DNA from: a candidate division FCPU426 bacterium
GTDB taxonomy: Bacteria; Oederibacteriota; Muellerivitia; Muellerivitales; Muellerivitaceae
DNA: 16,245 bases
Reading direction: 5' to 3'
Assembly: GCA_963738405.1 (NCBI GenBank)
Contig: CAVTWJ010000008.1
Coordinates: 1 to 16,245, forward strand
Shown here: positions 6,996 to 15,036 of the stretch, piece after piece
Numbering within the stretch: position 1 is the stretch's first letter
How the letters are laid out: each line of letters opens with the position of its first letter
Made by a program: the position numbers and the translations under genes
The notes under the pieces: generated by a model
Told to the model about the DNA's origin: nothing
Seen by the model: the letters and a program-made list of their open reading frames with translations, nothing else
Database searches by the model: none

Positions 6996-8660
6996 ATGAA
7001 AAGCAACGTTTCCCCGCTTCAAGAAAGCCGGCTCAATTACAAGCCCACCCTTCCCAAGGTTCTGACCCTGAAGCCTTCCAAGATTGGTTTCAAGTCGGGC
7101 AAACCTACCCGCTCCATCAGTGATCAGGAAGCTATCTGGAAACTTTTTCCAATGACCTACGGCCAGCCCGAGGTGGTTTTCGGCCCCGGCAAGGCGTCGG
7201 CTTCCGTGCAAAAGCCTATCAAGGTGGCTTTGGTTCTTTCCGGCGGGCAGGCCCCCGGAGGGCACAATGTTGTGGCGGGCCTTTACGACGGCTTAAAAAA
7301 GCTTAACAAAAAAAACACCCTTACAGGCTACTTGGGCGGTCCTTCGGGCCTGGTGGATAACGAAAAAATTGAGATTACCGAAAAGTTGCTGGAAAGTTAC
7401 CGTAATACGGGCGGGTTCGACATTATCGGTTCGGGACGCACCAAGCTGGAAACCTCGGAACAATTCGACAAGGTTCTCGCGAACCTGAAAAAAGACGGTG
7501 TAGCGGCCCTGGTTGTGGTAGGGGGGGACGATTCCAATACTAACGCGGCGGTCTTGTCGGAATATTTTAAGGCCAAGGAGTCCGGAGTCCGGGTTATCGG
7601 ATGCCCCAAGACCATCGACGGCGACTTGAAAAACGAACAGATCGAAGTCAGTTTCGGTTTCGACACTTCTACCAAAATTTACGCCGAACTGGCCGGCAAC
7701 GTGGGTCGGGATACCCTATCGGCAAAGAAGTATTGGCACTTCATCAAGGTCATGGGTCGGTCGGCCAGCCACATCGCCCTTGAGGTGGCTTTAAAGATCC
7801 ACCCCAACATTTGCCTGATTTCGGAGGAAGTAGCCGAGAATAAATGGACCCTGGAGGATATTACGACTCAAGTGGCCCAAGTGATCGCCGACCGGGCTGA
7901 AAAAAAGCTGAACTACGGAGTGGCCATCGTGCCCGAGGGATTGTTGGAATTCGTTCCGGAGATGAAAAAGCTTATCGGGGAAATGAACGATCTTTTCGCG
8001 CACAACTCCGAATTTGAGAAATTGAGGAGATATTCAGAAAAGGAGTCTTACGTCCGGAGCAAACTTTCAGCCGAATCCCTGAACGCCCTCAACCACATGC
8101 CCGCTTCGATTCAGGTTCAGCTGCTGGCCGACCGGGATCCTCATGGCAATGTGCAGGTCTCGAAAATCGACACAGAGAAACTTTTATTGGAAACCGTGGC
8201 CTTGAAGCTGGAAACATGGAAATCCGAAGGGAAGTACAAGGGCAAGTTCTCGGGCCAAGGTCATTTCTTCGGCTATGAGGGCCGATGCGGGGCCCCCTCC
8301 AATTTTGACGCCAAATACTGCTATGCCCTGGGTTATACCGCGTCCCTTTTGGTGACGGGGGGCTTCACGGGATACCTTTCCAGTGTGCGGGATCTCTTGA
8401 AACCTACCTCCCAATGGAGGGCTGGCGGTGTGCCGCTAACCATGATGATGAATTTGGAGCGCCGCAACGGCAAGGAAAAGGCGGTCATTCAAAAGGCATT
8501 GGTGGATTTGAAGGGCAAACCCTTTAAGGCCTTCTCGTCCCTGCGTAAAAAATGGGCCATGGAAGATGATTTTGCCAGCCCCGGTCCCATTCAGTTCTGG
8601 GGGCCGCCCGAAGTGGCCGACGCGGTGCCCGAAACCCTTCGCCTGGAGCGGGGGAAGTAA
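6996..8660 (+). CDS. pfp: Pyrophosphate-dependent phosphofructokinase (long clade)
   Basis: RBS GGAGG. SGGQAPGGHN, GGDDSNTNA (Asp indicating PPi use), PKTIDGDLK, MGRSASH, GYEGR; 554 aa. Confidence 0.97.
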   Translation: MKSNVSPLQESRLNYKPTLPKVLTLKPSKIGFKSGKPTRSISDQEAIWKLFPMTYGQPEVVFGPGKASASVQKPIKVALVLSGGQAPGGHNVVAGLYDGLKKLNKKNTLTGYLGGPSGLVDNEKIEITEKLLESYRNTGGFDIIGSGRTKLETSEQFDKVLANLKKDGVAALVVVGGDDSNTNAAVLSEYFKAKESGVRVIGCPKTIDGDLKNEQIEVSFGFDTSTKIYAELAGNVGRDTLSAKKYWHFIKVMGRSASHIALEVALKIHPNICLISEEVAENKWTLEDITTQVAQVIADRAEKKLNYGVAIVPEGLLEFVPEMKKLIGEMNDLFAHNSEFEKLRRYSEKESYVRSKLSAESLNALNHMPASIQVQLLADRDPHGNVQVSKIDTEKLLLETVALKLETWKSEGKYKGKFSGQGHFFGYEGRCGAPSNFDAKYCYALGYTASLLVTGGFTGYLSSVRDLLKPTSQWRAGGVPLTMMMNLERRNGKEKAVIQKALVDLKGKPFKAFSSLRKKWAMEDDFASPGPIQFWGPPEVADAVPETLRLERGK

Positions 8661-8691
8661 AAAACACCAACAAAATGAGATGTTCAACTCG

Positions 8692-8723
8692 AAGGGCGGA
8701 AGCAATTCCGTCCTTTTTATTTT
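8692..8723 (+). terminator. Rho-independent terminator after pfp
   Basis: AAGGGCGGAA-GCAA-TTCCGTCCTT followed by TTTATTTT; GNRA tetraloop. Confidence 0.85.
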
Positions 8724-8764
8724 GGGGAAAGGTTTTGGCTTTGAATTAAAATCAACACAAGTTT

Positions 8765-10549
8765 TTGGTTTCAGGCGTGATCGATCATAAGTGGAAGGTC
8801 AGTTTGGGAAATAACATCCAGAAAAATGGGATATTGAACGCCGAACGTTTCGGCATTAGTTGCTACAAAACTTTATTCCGAACTTTTTTTGTTGATAAAC
8901 CGTTTATATCCTCATTTTTGTTGGCGACGGGATTCATCCTGTTGACCTACCTCTTCTTCAGTCCGCATTTTCAATATAACGATGATGTTCAGGTGCTCCT
9001 GTTGTTGAAAGGGGTAGGCCTAGATCAGGCTCCGAGTGCCCTCAACGCACGCGAAAACATTCTTCTTTGTTCGCTACTGAAGGACCTCTACCTTTTTTTT
9101 CCGGAAGTTCAATGGTATAGCTGTCTTCTCGTGTCCGCCCAGTTCCTGTCGCTTTGGGCCATTCTCGCGGCGTTTCAATGGGGGGCCTATCGGGGTTTCC
9201 GAAGCCTTCTTTTTCTATTTGGATTCGCAGGGGTAGGAGTCTATTTTTTCACTAACCTGCAATGGACTATGACGGCTTCCCTTGCGGCCATCGGTGCGAC
9301 TTTACTGCTGATCTCCCTCTGGAAGGAGAAGGATCTAAAACCTCCCGCGATCGCCTTTATTCTGATCTTCCTGCTCGTCATGTTGTCGGTTCAAATCCGG
9401 TATCCCTCGCTTTTTTTGATTGCTGTTCTCTCCCTGCCGGTCGCCGGGGCTCTTGTCTGGAAAAGGGAAATAACGGCCACCCGTCGCACCTTGTTCGGCT
9501 TTCTGGCCTTAACCTTGTTAATCGCCGTTTCGTCCATTGGGTTCAATCATTTTTATTACCAACGGATCCCCGGCTGGGCCCCTTACATCGATTTTTTTGA
9601 CCAACATTTTGAGCTTCACGAAACCCGTGACCCGGTTTATGACCAGGAGAGCAAACCCCTATTTGATTCGATCGGTTGGACCTCCAATGATCTGGAATTG
9701 TTTCAAGACTGGTATTTTATGGATGAGGATATCTATAGCGTCGACCATCTTCGGAAACTGAGCGGAAATTTTCCAAAGTTCGATTTCAACAAATCCACCA
9801 ACTATTTCCTTTCCAAAAAGATAGCCTTTCCGACGACACAGATTGTCATCTATTTCTTTTTGGCCTTTTTATGGCTCGTTCCCCGTGGCTCACTTCGGCT
9901 TCTTGGTGGAACCGCCTTTTGGGTCTTATTCGTCTTGCTCTTTTTGATGGGCTACGAAAAGCTTCCGGAAAGGGTGTACCTGCCGGCCTTGTTTTTCCTT
10001 TCCACCCTGCCTGTTTTTTTTATCGTCCCGAAATGGGAGTCTCGTTCCCAGGGAACTCCTAAATCACCGGCTCTTGTTCCAATAACGGTACTGTTGCTCG
10101 GTTTTCTAACGCTCTTTACAGGTTACTTTTTTCAACAGGAATATTCCCGCAACCGCCGTTGGGTGCAATGCGAAAGCCTCATGAAGAACTACATGGCTGA
10201 TTTCCATCCGCAGGACCATCAGTTGTATGCTCTCTGGGGTTCCCATTTTCCCTATGAGTTTTTCAACCTTTTCGAGGATTTTGAGGCTTATCGTCACTTC
10301 AACATCATCCCTTTGACTTGGTTCCAACGCTCACCCACTGTCAAAGCCATGTTGGGCCGCTTTAGGGTCAAGGATCTCTTCAGGGATATGGTTGATAATC
10401 CCAACCTCTTTCTAGTCTGTACACCCGATGAAACGGACACTTATGGCATCCACATGAGGGAGAAATATCAATTAGAAACCAGGTTGGAAGCAGTTTATTC
10501 CTGTCCCTTTTTCACTGCTTATCAGGTTCATTCGGTGGCGACTAACTAA
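8765..10549 (+). CDS. Polytopic membrane protein, possibly a GT-C-fold glycosyltransferase
   Basis: About 1.8-kb ORF with roughly 10-12 hydrophobic segments, an NDD motif just after the first TM (8978-8986), a long soluble loop (GWTSNDLELFQDWYFMD), an ERVY motif and a soluble C-terminus. The ORF is secure; the start (TTG 8765, GTG 8777 or TTG 8834) and the function are uncertain. Confidence 0.6.
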   Translation: MVSGVIDHKWKVSLGNNIQKNGILNAERFGISCYKTLFRTFFVDKPFISSFLLATGFILLTYLFFSPHFQYNDDVQVLLLLKGVGLDQAPSALNARENILLCSLLKDLYLFFPEVQWYSCLLVSAQFLSLWAILAAFQWGAYRGFRSLLFLFGFAGVGVYFFTNLQWTMTASLAAIGATLLLISLWKEKDLKPPAIAFILIFLLVMLSVQIRYPSLFLIAVLSLPVAGALVWKREITATRRTLFGFLALTLLIAVSSIGFNHFYYQRIPGWAPYIDFFDQHFELHETRDPVYDQESKPLFDSIGWTSNDLELFQDWYFMDEDIYSVDHLRKLSGNFPKFDFNKSTNYFLSKKIAFPTTQIVIYFFLAFLWLVPRGSLRLLGGTAFWVLFVLLFLMGYEKLPERVYLPALFFLSTLPVFFIVPKWESRSQGTPKSPALVPITVLLLGFLTLFTGYFFQQEYSRNRRWVQCESLMKNYMADFHPQDHQLYALWGSHFPYEFFNLFEDFEAYRHFNIIPLTWFQRSPTVKAMLGRFRVKDLFRDMVDNPNLFLVCTPDETDTYGIHMREKYQLETRLEAVYSCPFFTAYQVHSVATN

Positions 10550-10628
10550 TATGTAAAGCTCGTAATGGTTCTCTGATCGCGTATAACCAAGTCCCGTTGA
10601 AAATGAGCCCTTTCCCCCTTTTTTCGTA

Positions 10629-10658
10629 TTGCCTCTTGAAGCCCCCCTGACCTATACT
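10629..10658 (+). promoter_or_regulatory. Putative sigma70 promoter of the rpsF operon
   Basis: TTGCCT (10629-10634), 18-nt spacer, TATACT (10653-10658), immediately before the structured leader. Confidence 0.55.
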
Positions 10659-10806
10659 TCACCTCCCCTGGGAAGCAGTTTCCGGGGTATCGTGCCGGCC
10701 TTTCATGAAACATTTAAAGGGGCCGGTACAGTACCAATTTCAATTTAAAGTTTAGGATTGAAAAATTGGTAAGAGTTCCCGCCAAGGGCCCACAGCCCCA
10801 GCTGGA

Positions 10807-10880
10807 ACCCTGCTCCCTCCCGTCAGTTAAGGAGAGGGGGCTACCCTCACTCCGGTGAGGAATCCAAAGGGAGGTAGTGC
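10807..10880 (+). ncRNA. Probable S6:S18-binding autoregulatory rpsF leader
   Basis: CCCTGCTC..GGGC..CCAAAGGGAGGT layout: an unpaired CCA (CCR motif) just before the SD, and CCCT able to pair with AGGG overlapping the SD. This matches my recollection of the known S6:S18 leader; no covariance model was run. Confidence 0.55.
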
Positions 10881-11423
10881 ATGAGTCTCATTAAGTACGA
10901 TGTCATTTACATTTTGGATCCCAATTCCACCGTTGAAGATCAAACGGCTGTCTCGACCAAGGTCGAACAGATCGTGGCGGAATCCAAGGGAACCATCCTC
11001 AAGAAAGACGACTGGGGAAAGCGCCGCTTGGCCTACATGGTCGGTAAACACCGGGAAGGACACTATGTGTTCTTTCACGTGCAGGTTTCCACCGAAGCCG
11101 TCGCCGAATTGAACCGTAACCTCCGACTACTCGAAAAAGTCATCAAGTTCATGATCGTGAAAGACACCATCAGCCATTTGAAGCCCCGTCCGAAGCCGAT
11201 TCGCAAGGCTCCGGAAGAGGGCGCCTCCGTCAGGCCCCATGCGCCAACCCGGCACTCGGGCCCCTCGGCCCCCTATGTACCCCCGCATTCTTCAAGCTCG
11301 TCGTCATCCGCTCCTACTGCCCCGGCCGCAGCACCCGCGCCAGCCCCGGCACCCGTTGCGCCTGTCGCCGCTCCCGTTGCTTCCGCTACTCCCGAGGCTC
11401 CAGCCGCCCCGGCTGGAAATTAA
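10881..11423 (+). CDS. rpsF: 30S ribosomal protein S6 with 85-aa C-terminal extension
   Basis: RBS GGGAGGT; YDVIYILDP, WGKRRLAY, EGHY, VIKFMIVK; first gene of the rpsF-ssb-rpsR order. Confidence 0.97.
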   Translation: MSLIKYDVIYILDPNSTVEDQTAVSTKVEQIVAESKGTILKKDDWGKRRLAYMVGKHREGHYVFFHVQVSTEAVAELNRNLRLLEKVIKFMIVKDTISHLKPRPKPIRKAPEEGASVRPHAPTRHSGPSAPYVPPHSSSSSSSAPTAPAAAPAPAPAPVAPVAAPVASATPEAPAAPAGN

Positions 11424-11450
11424 CCCGCACCGTATCATTAGGGGGTTGCC

Positions 11451-11879
11451 ATGCCTGATTTGAACAAGGTTTTCCTCATGGGAAGGTTGACGAAGGATCC
11501 CGAGCTTCGCTACACCGCCGGCGGTGCCGCGGTGGCGAACCTTCGGGTCGCCATCAACCGTGTTTACTCGCTCCAGTCGGGCGAGAAAAAAGAAGAGGTC
11601 ACCTACGTCACCGTTGTGGTGTGGCGCAAGACCGCAGAGGCCGTGGGAGAGTATCTGCACAAGGGCGATCCCCTTTTCGTGGAAGGCTACCTGCAGAGCC
11701 GTTCCTGGGAAACCGAGGACAAGCAAAAACGCAGCGTGATGGAAGTAGTGGCTGACCGCATCCAGTTCCTGAACCGCGGCAAGGGCGGGAGCGGCGAGGC
11801 CGCCCCCGTGGAAGAAGAAGGCGCTCCGCAAGGCGGTTCGGCCCCTTCCTCCGGCAGTGAGGAAGACATTCCCTTTTAA
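11451..11879 (+). CDS. ssb: Single-stranded DNA-binding protein
   Basis: LNKVFLMGRLTKDPELRYT, KGDPLFVEGYLQSRSWE, acidic tip EEDIPF. Confidence 0.98.
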   Translation: MPDLNKVFLMGRLTKDPELRYTAGGAAVANLRVAINRVYSLQSGEKKEEVTYVTVVVWRKTAEAVGEYLHKGDPLFVEGYLQSRSWETEDKQKRSVMEVVADRIQFLNRGKGGSGEAAPVEEEGAPQGGSAPSSGSEEDIPF

Positions 11880-11943
11880 GACAAGCTAGCCGGGCTTTAA
11901 AAGCCCTGAATCACCCATTCACACAGAACCAAGGAGATTGAAA

Positions 11944-12228
11944 ATGGAAGAGAGAAAAGAAAGAAGCCACCGTCCCGAAGGAGGCCACCGCGAGGGAGGC
12001 CCCGGAGGCCGTTTCCGTCGTCCGCGCCGCAAGTCCTGCCGTTTCTGCCAGGACCGGGTAGTGGCCATTGATTACAAAGACTACAACCGCATCCGCACCT
12101 TCGTTTCCGACCGCGGCAAGATCGTTCCCAGCCGTATGACCGGCACTTGCGCCAGCCACCAGCGGGAACTGACCCAAGCCATCAAGCGGGCCCGCAACAT
12201 CGCCCTCTTGCCTTTCGCCAACGCGTAA
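11944..12228 (+). CDS. rpsR: 30S ribosomal protein S18, zinc-binding (C+) form
   Basis: RBS AAGGAG (11931-11936) favours the ATG at 11944. [40 protein letters not shown]. Confidence 0.98.
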   Translation: MEERKERSHRPEGGHREGGPGGRFRRPRRKSCRFCQDRVVAIDYKDYNRIRTFVSDRGKIVPSRMTGTCASHQRELTQAIKRARNIALLPFANA

Positions 12229-12261
12229 TTAATAAGTAGAGTAGAAGGGAAGGGGCTGGCC

Positions 12262-13026
12262 TTGGATTGGGTTCTCGCTATCGGTCTTTGGATTTTGCTC
12301 TTCGGGGCGATCCTTACCATCAGCGGCCTGGCGATCTTGTTCGCGCTTTTGCGTGGCGCAAGGCCCAATGCCTCCATTTTGGCCGGTTCCTTCGCCTGCG
12401 GCATATTCTTCATGGCTCTTTTCGGCCTTTCCCGGATTGATGGAAAGGGTCCAAACTTTAAGGACATGCAGAGCTACCTGGAAGAAAACCTGCAGGCCCA
12501 GATGGCGGCCTTGAAGACCCAGGGTGTTCCCCAAGATAAGATTGACGAGAACATGGATTGGGCCGAGAAATACGGGGTGCAGGCCTACCCTGCTTGGCTG
12601 GCCCTGACTTGCGTTTGGTTCGGTTTCATTTCCTATTATATGGTTCCCATTCTTTTTCGCCGGTTCAGCCCCCGCATTCCCAGGCCCATGCCTTTTCGCC
12701 AGTGGATTATTCCCGAACCCCTCATCTTCGGGTTCATCATCGGGGCCCTTTTAAAGATATCCCTGAAATATTTCGGCTTAGCCGATAACAGCTGGGAAGA
12801 TGTGTTGGGAAGCAACCTTTTGGTGTTTTTTGGATGTCTTTACATCCTGGGGGGCTTCAGTATCATCGCCTACTACTTGCAAAAATATAACGTGCCCATG
12901 GTTTTCCGCTTTCCCTTTTACGTGATCATGACTTTCCTTTTTGAACCCCTCTTTTGCCTTGGCATTTTGGACGTCTGGATGGATTTGCGAAAAATCAAAA
13001 CCCCTCCCCTGGAGAAAACCGCATGA
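12262..13026 (+). CDS. DUF2232/YybS-family membrane protein
   Basis: Multi-TM protein between rpsR and rplI; PFRQWIIP, GFSIIAYY and terminal LGILDVWMDLRK motifs. Start uncertain. Confidence 0.85.
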   Translation: MDWVLAIGLWILLFGAILTISGLAILFALLRGARPNASILAGSFACGIFFMALFGLSRIDGKGPNFKDMQSYLEENLQAQMAALKTQGVPQDKIDENMDWAEKYGVQAYPAWLALTCVWFGFISYYMVPILFRRFSPRIPRPMPFRQWIIPEPLIFGFIIGALLKISLKYFGLADNSWEDVLGSNLLVFFGCLYILGGFSIIAYYLQKYNVPMVFRFPFYVIMTFLFEPLFCLGILDVWMDLRKIKTPPLEKTA

Positions 13027-13466
13027 AAGTTCTATTAACCAAGGATGTGCCCAAGATCGGTAAAAAAGGCGAGATTATGGAAGCCAAGGAAGGCTATGCC
13101 CGCAATTTCCTGATCCCCAACGGGCTGGCCGTGGAAGCCAATGAAAGCACCATGAAGCAGGTGGAACAGCAGAAGAAGGCCGTGGAACGCAAAAAAGAAA
13201 AAGAAAAAGAAGCGGCCCAGGCCCTGGCGGCCAAAATAAAAGGTCTTACCGTCACTCTCCGCCACAAGGCGGGGGAAGAGGGAAAACTATTCGGTTCTAT
13301 TACCGCGGCCGAGATCGCGGACGCCCTCAAGGCCAAGGGTTTCGAGATTGATAAGAAGCAGATCGTGCTGGATGATCCCATTCGCCTAGTCGGCCACCAT
13401 GATGTTTCCATCAAATTGCACCACGAGGTAACCGCATCCCTTCCCGTGGAAGTGATGAAGCTTTAG
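13023..13466 (+). CDS. rplI: 50S ribosomal protein L9
   Basis: MKVLLTKDV..GKKGEI..KEGYARNFLIP, GKLFGSIT, IKLHHEV. The ATG at 13023 overlaps the upstream stop (ATGA), with GGAG upstream. Confidence 0.98.
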   Translation: MKVLLTKDVPKIGKKGEIMEAKEGYARNFLIPNGLAVEANESTMKQVEQQKKAVERKKEKEKEAAQALAAKIKGLTVTLRHKAGEEGKLFGSITAAEIADALKAKGFEIDKKQIVLDDPIRLVGHHDVSIKLHHEVTASLPVEVMKL

Positions 13467-13476
13467 AAGCTGGGTT

Positions 13477-13514
13477 TGTGGATATGGGGATAAGTCTGAA
13501 TAGGTTCTGGATAA
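13477..13514. promoter_or_regulatory. Cluster of four co-oriented DnaA-box-like 9-mers
   Basis: Versus TGTGNATAA: TGTGGATAT (13477, 1 mismatch), TGGGGATAA (13485, 1), TCTGAATAG (13495, 2), TCTGGATAA (13506, 1). Confidence 0.7.
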
Positions 13515-13616
13515 CTTTTTACGTAACCTTTAATAAAACCCACCTTTTTTTCATAGCGGATTAAAATACATCCCTTCTTCGCCTAAACTAATCCAACCAA
13601 CTGTATTGGAGTTTTC

Positions 13617-15014
13617 ATGGAAGTCGCCCGTAAAAGTTCCCCGCCTTCGCCTTTCCCCAACAACAACCAATCCGAGTTTCGCGTACCGCCCCAGGATTTA
13701 GAAGCCGAGCAATCGGTTTTGGGGGCCATGATGCTTTCTTCCGACGCCATCCGAACTGTCATCCCCTTGTGCCGGGAAGAGGACTTTTACCGAGAAGCCC
13801 ACCGCAAACTTTTTCACGCGGTCGTGGCATTAGACGACCGCAAGGAACCGGTTGATATCATCACCCTCACCAACGAGCTCAAACGCATGGGGGATTTCGA
13901 CACTGTGGGCGGGGTCTCGGCCCTGACCGCCTTGGTGGATCGGGTGCCCACCGCCGCTAACGCCGAATTTTACGCGCAGATCGTGAAAGAAAAATCCGCG
14001 GCCCGGAAGCTCATCAGCGCAGCCACCTCAGTCGTAGCCGACGCCTACGCCGATGCCATGCCCATCAAGGAACTGTTGGATAGCGCCGAACACCGAATCT
14101 TCGAGGCCACCGAGCTTCGGGAGAGCAAGGATTTCGCCAGCATCAAGGATCTGATCGGAAATTCCTTCGAGTACGTCAACACCCTGACCGACCAACAGCA
14201 GCACATCACCGGTGTGCCGACCGGTTTTTACGACCTCGATGAATTGACCGCGGGGTTCCAGCCCTCCGAAATGATCGTCATCGGTGCCCGGCCTTCGGTG
14301 GGTAAAACTTCCTTGGCATTGAACATCGCCCAGCACGCCTGCATGGGCACGAACCAGCTCAAGAAAAAAATCCCCGTCGGGTTCTTTTCCATTGAAATGA
14401 CAGCCAAACAGCTGGCCCTGCGTCTGCTTTGTTCGGTCGCCCGTATCGACCTGAAAAAAGCCAGGTCCGGCTACCTGAGTGACCAGGAAAGGGCCCGCTT
14501 GGTCGGCGTGACAGGGCAATTTTACGAGGCTAAGCTGTACATCGACGATACCTCTTCCATGACCGTGTTGGACCTTAAGGCCAAGGCCCGGCGTTTGAAA
14601 CGCGAATATGGTATCGGGATTTTGCTGATCGACTACCTTCAGCTCATCCAAGCGGGAATCCGAACCGACAATCGGGAACAGGAAATCGCCTACATTTCCC
14701 GCCAGTTGAAGGCACTGGCCAAAGATTTGGATATCCCGGTGGTGGTTTTGTCCCAGTTGTCCCGACCCCAAAAGGGCGCGGAAGAGAAAAGACCGGTCTT
14801 GTCCGACCTTCGTGAATCGGGCGCCATCGAACAAGACGCTGACGTGGTTATATTCATCCACCGGGAATCGGCAGGCCAGGACGGTGAAAAGCCTATGTTC
14901 AATTACGAGCTGGTTTTGGCCAAACAGCGTAACGGCCCCACGGAAAACATCAATGTGGTCTTCCGCAACCAATACACGACTTTCGAATCCGCCTCAAAGG
15001 TTTCGGATAAATAA
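13617..15014 (+). CDS. dnaB: Replicative DNA helicase
   Basis: PPQDLEAEQSVLG, Walker A GARPSVGKT, FSIEM, IDYLQLI, LSQLSR, SDLRESGAIEQDAD, AKQRNGPT. No intein. Confidence 0.98.
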   Translation: MEVARKSSPPSPFPNNNQSEFRVPPQDLEAEQSVLGAMMLSSDAIRTVIPLCREEDFYREAHRKLFHAVVALDDRKEPVDIITLTNELKRMGDFDTVGGVSALTALVDRVPTAANAEFYAQIVKEKSAARKLISAATSVVADAYADAMPIKELLDSAEHRIFEATELRESKDFASIKDLIGNSFEYVNTLTDQQQHITGVPTGFYDLDELTAGFQPSEMIVIGARPSVGKTSLALNIAQHACMGTNQLKKKIPVGFFSIEMTAKQLALRLLCSVARIDLKKARSGYLSDQERARLVGVTGQFYEAKLYIDDTSSMTVLDLKAKARRLKREYGIGILLIDYLQLIQAGIRTDNREQEIAYISRQLKALAKDLDIPVVVLSQLSRPQKGAEEKRPVLSDLRESGAIEQDADVVIFIHRESAGQDGEKPMFNYELVLAKQRNGPTENINVVFRNQYTTFESASKVSDK

Positions 15015-15036
15015 AAATCGCCTAAAGGGTAACCCC

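Noticed and set aside
9093..10021. T7-T8 homopolymers in the membrane-protein gene as phase-variation tracts
   Set aside because: They are short and explained by adjacent Phe/Leu codons; the frame is intact.
11892..11906. Small hairpin GGGCTT-TAA-AAGCCC between ssb and rpsR
   Set aside because: Short stem with no U-tract; at most a minor mRNA stability element.
12262..13466. Absence of gdpP between DUF2232 and rplI
   Set aside because: gdpP at this position is typical of Bacillota; direct DUF2232-rplI adjacency is ordinary in other phyla.
14028..14972. 314-aa antisense ORF inside dnaB
   Set aside because: Typical antisense shadow of a conserved, codon-biased gene; no recognisable domain.
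13617..15014. Intein in DnaB
   Set aside because: Length is 465 aa and all helicase motifs are contiguous, with no insertion.
14812..15036. Apparent N-terminal extension of alr overlapping dnaB (likewise 12954-13022 for rplI)
   Set aside because: An artefact of longest-ORF calling; homology begins at the downstream ATGs (15037 and 13023).
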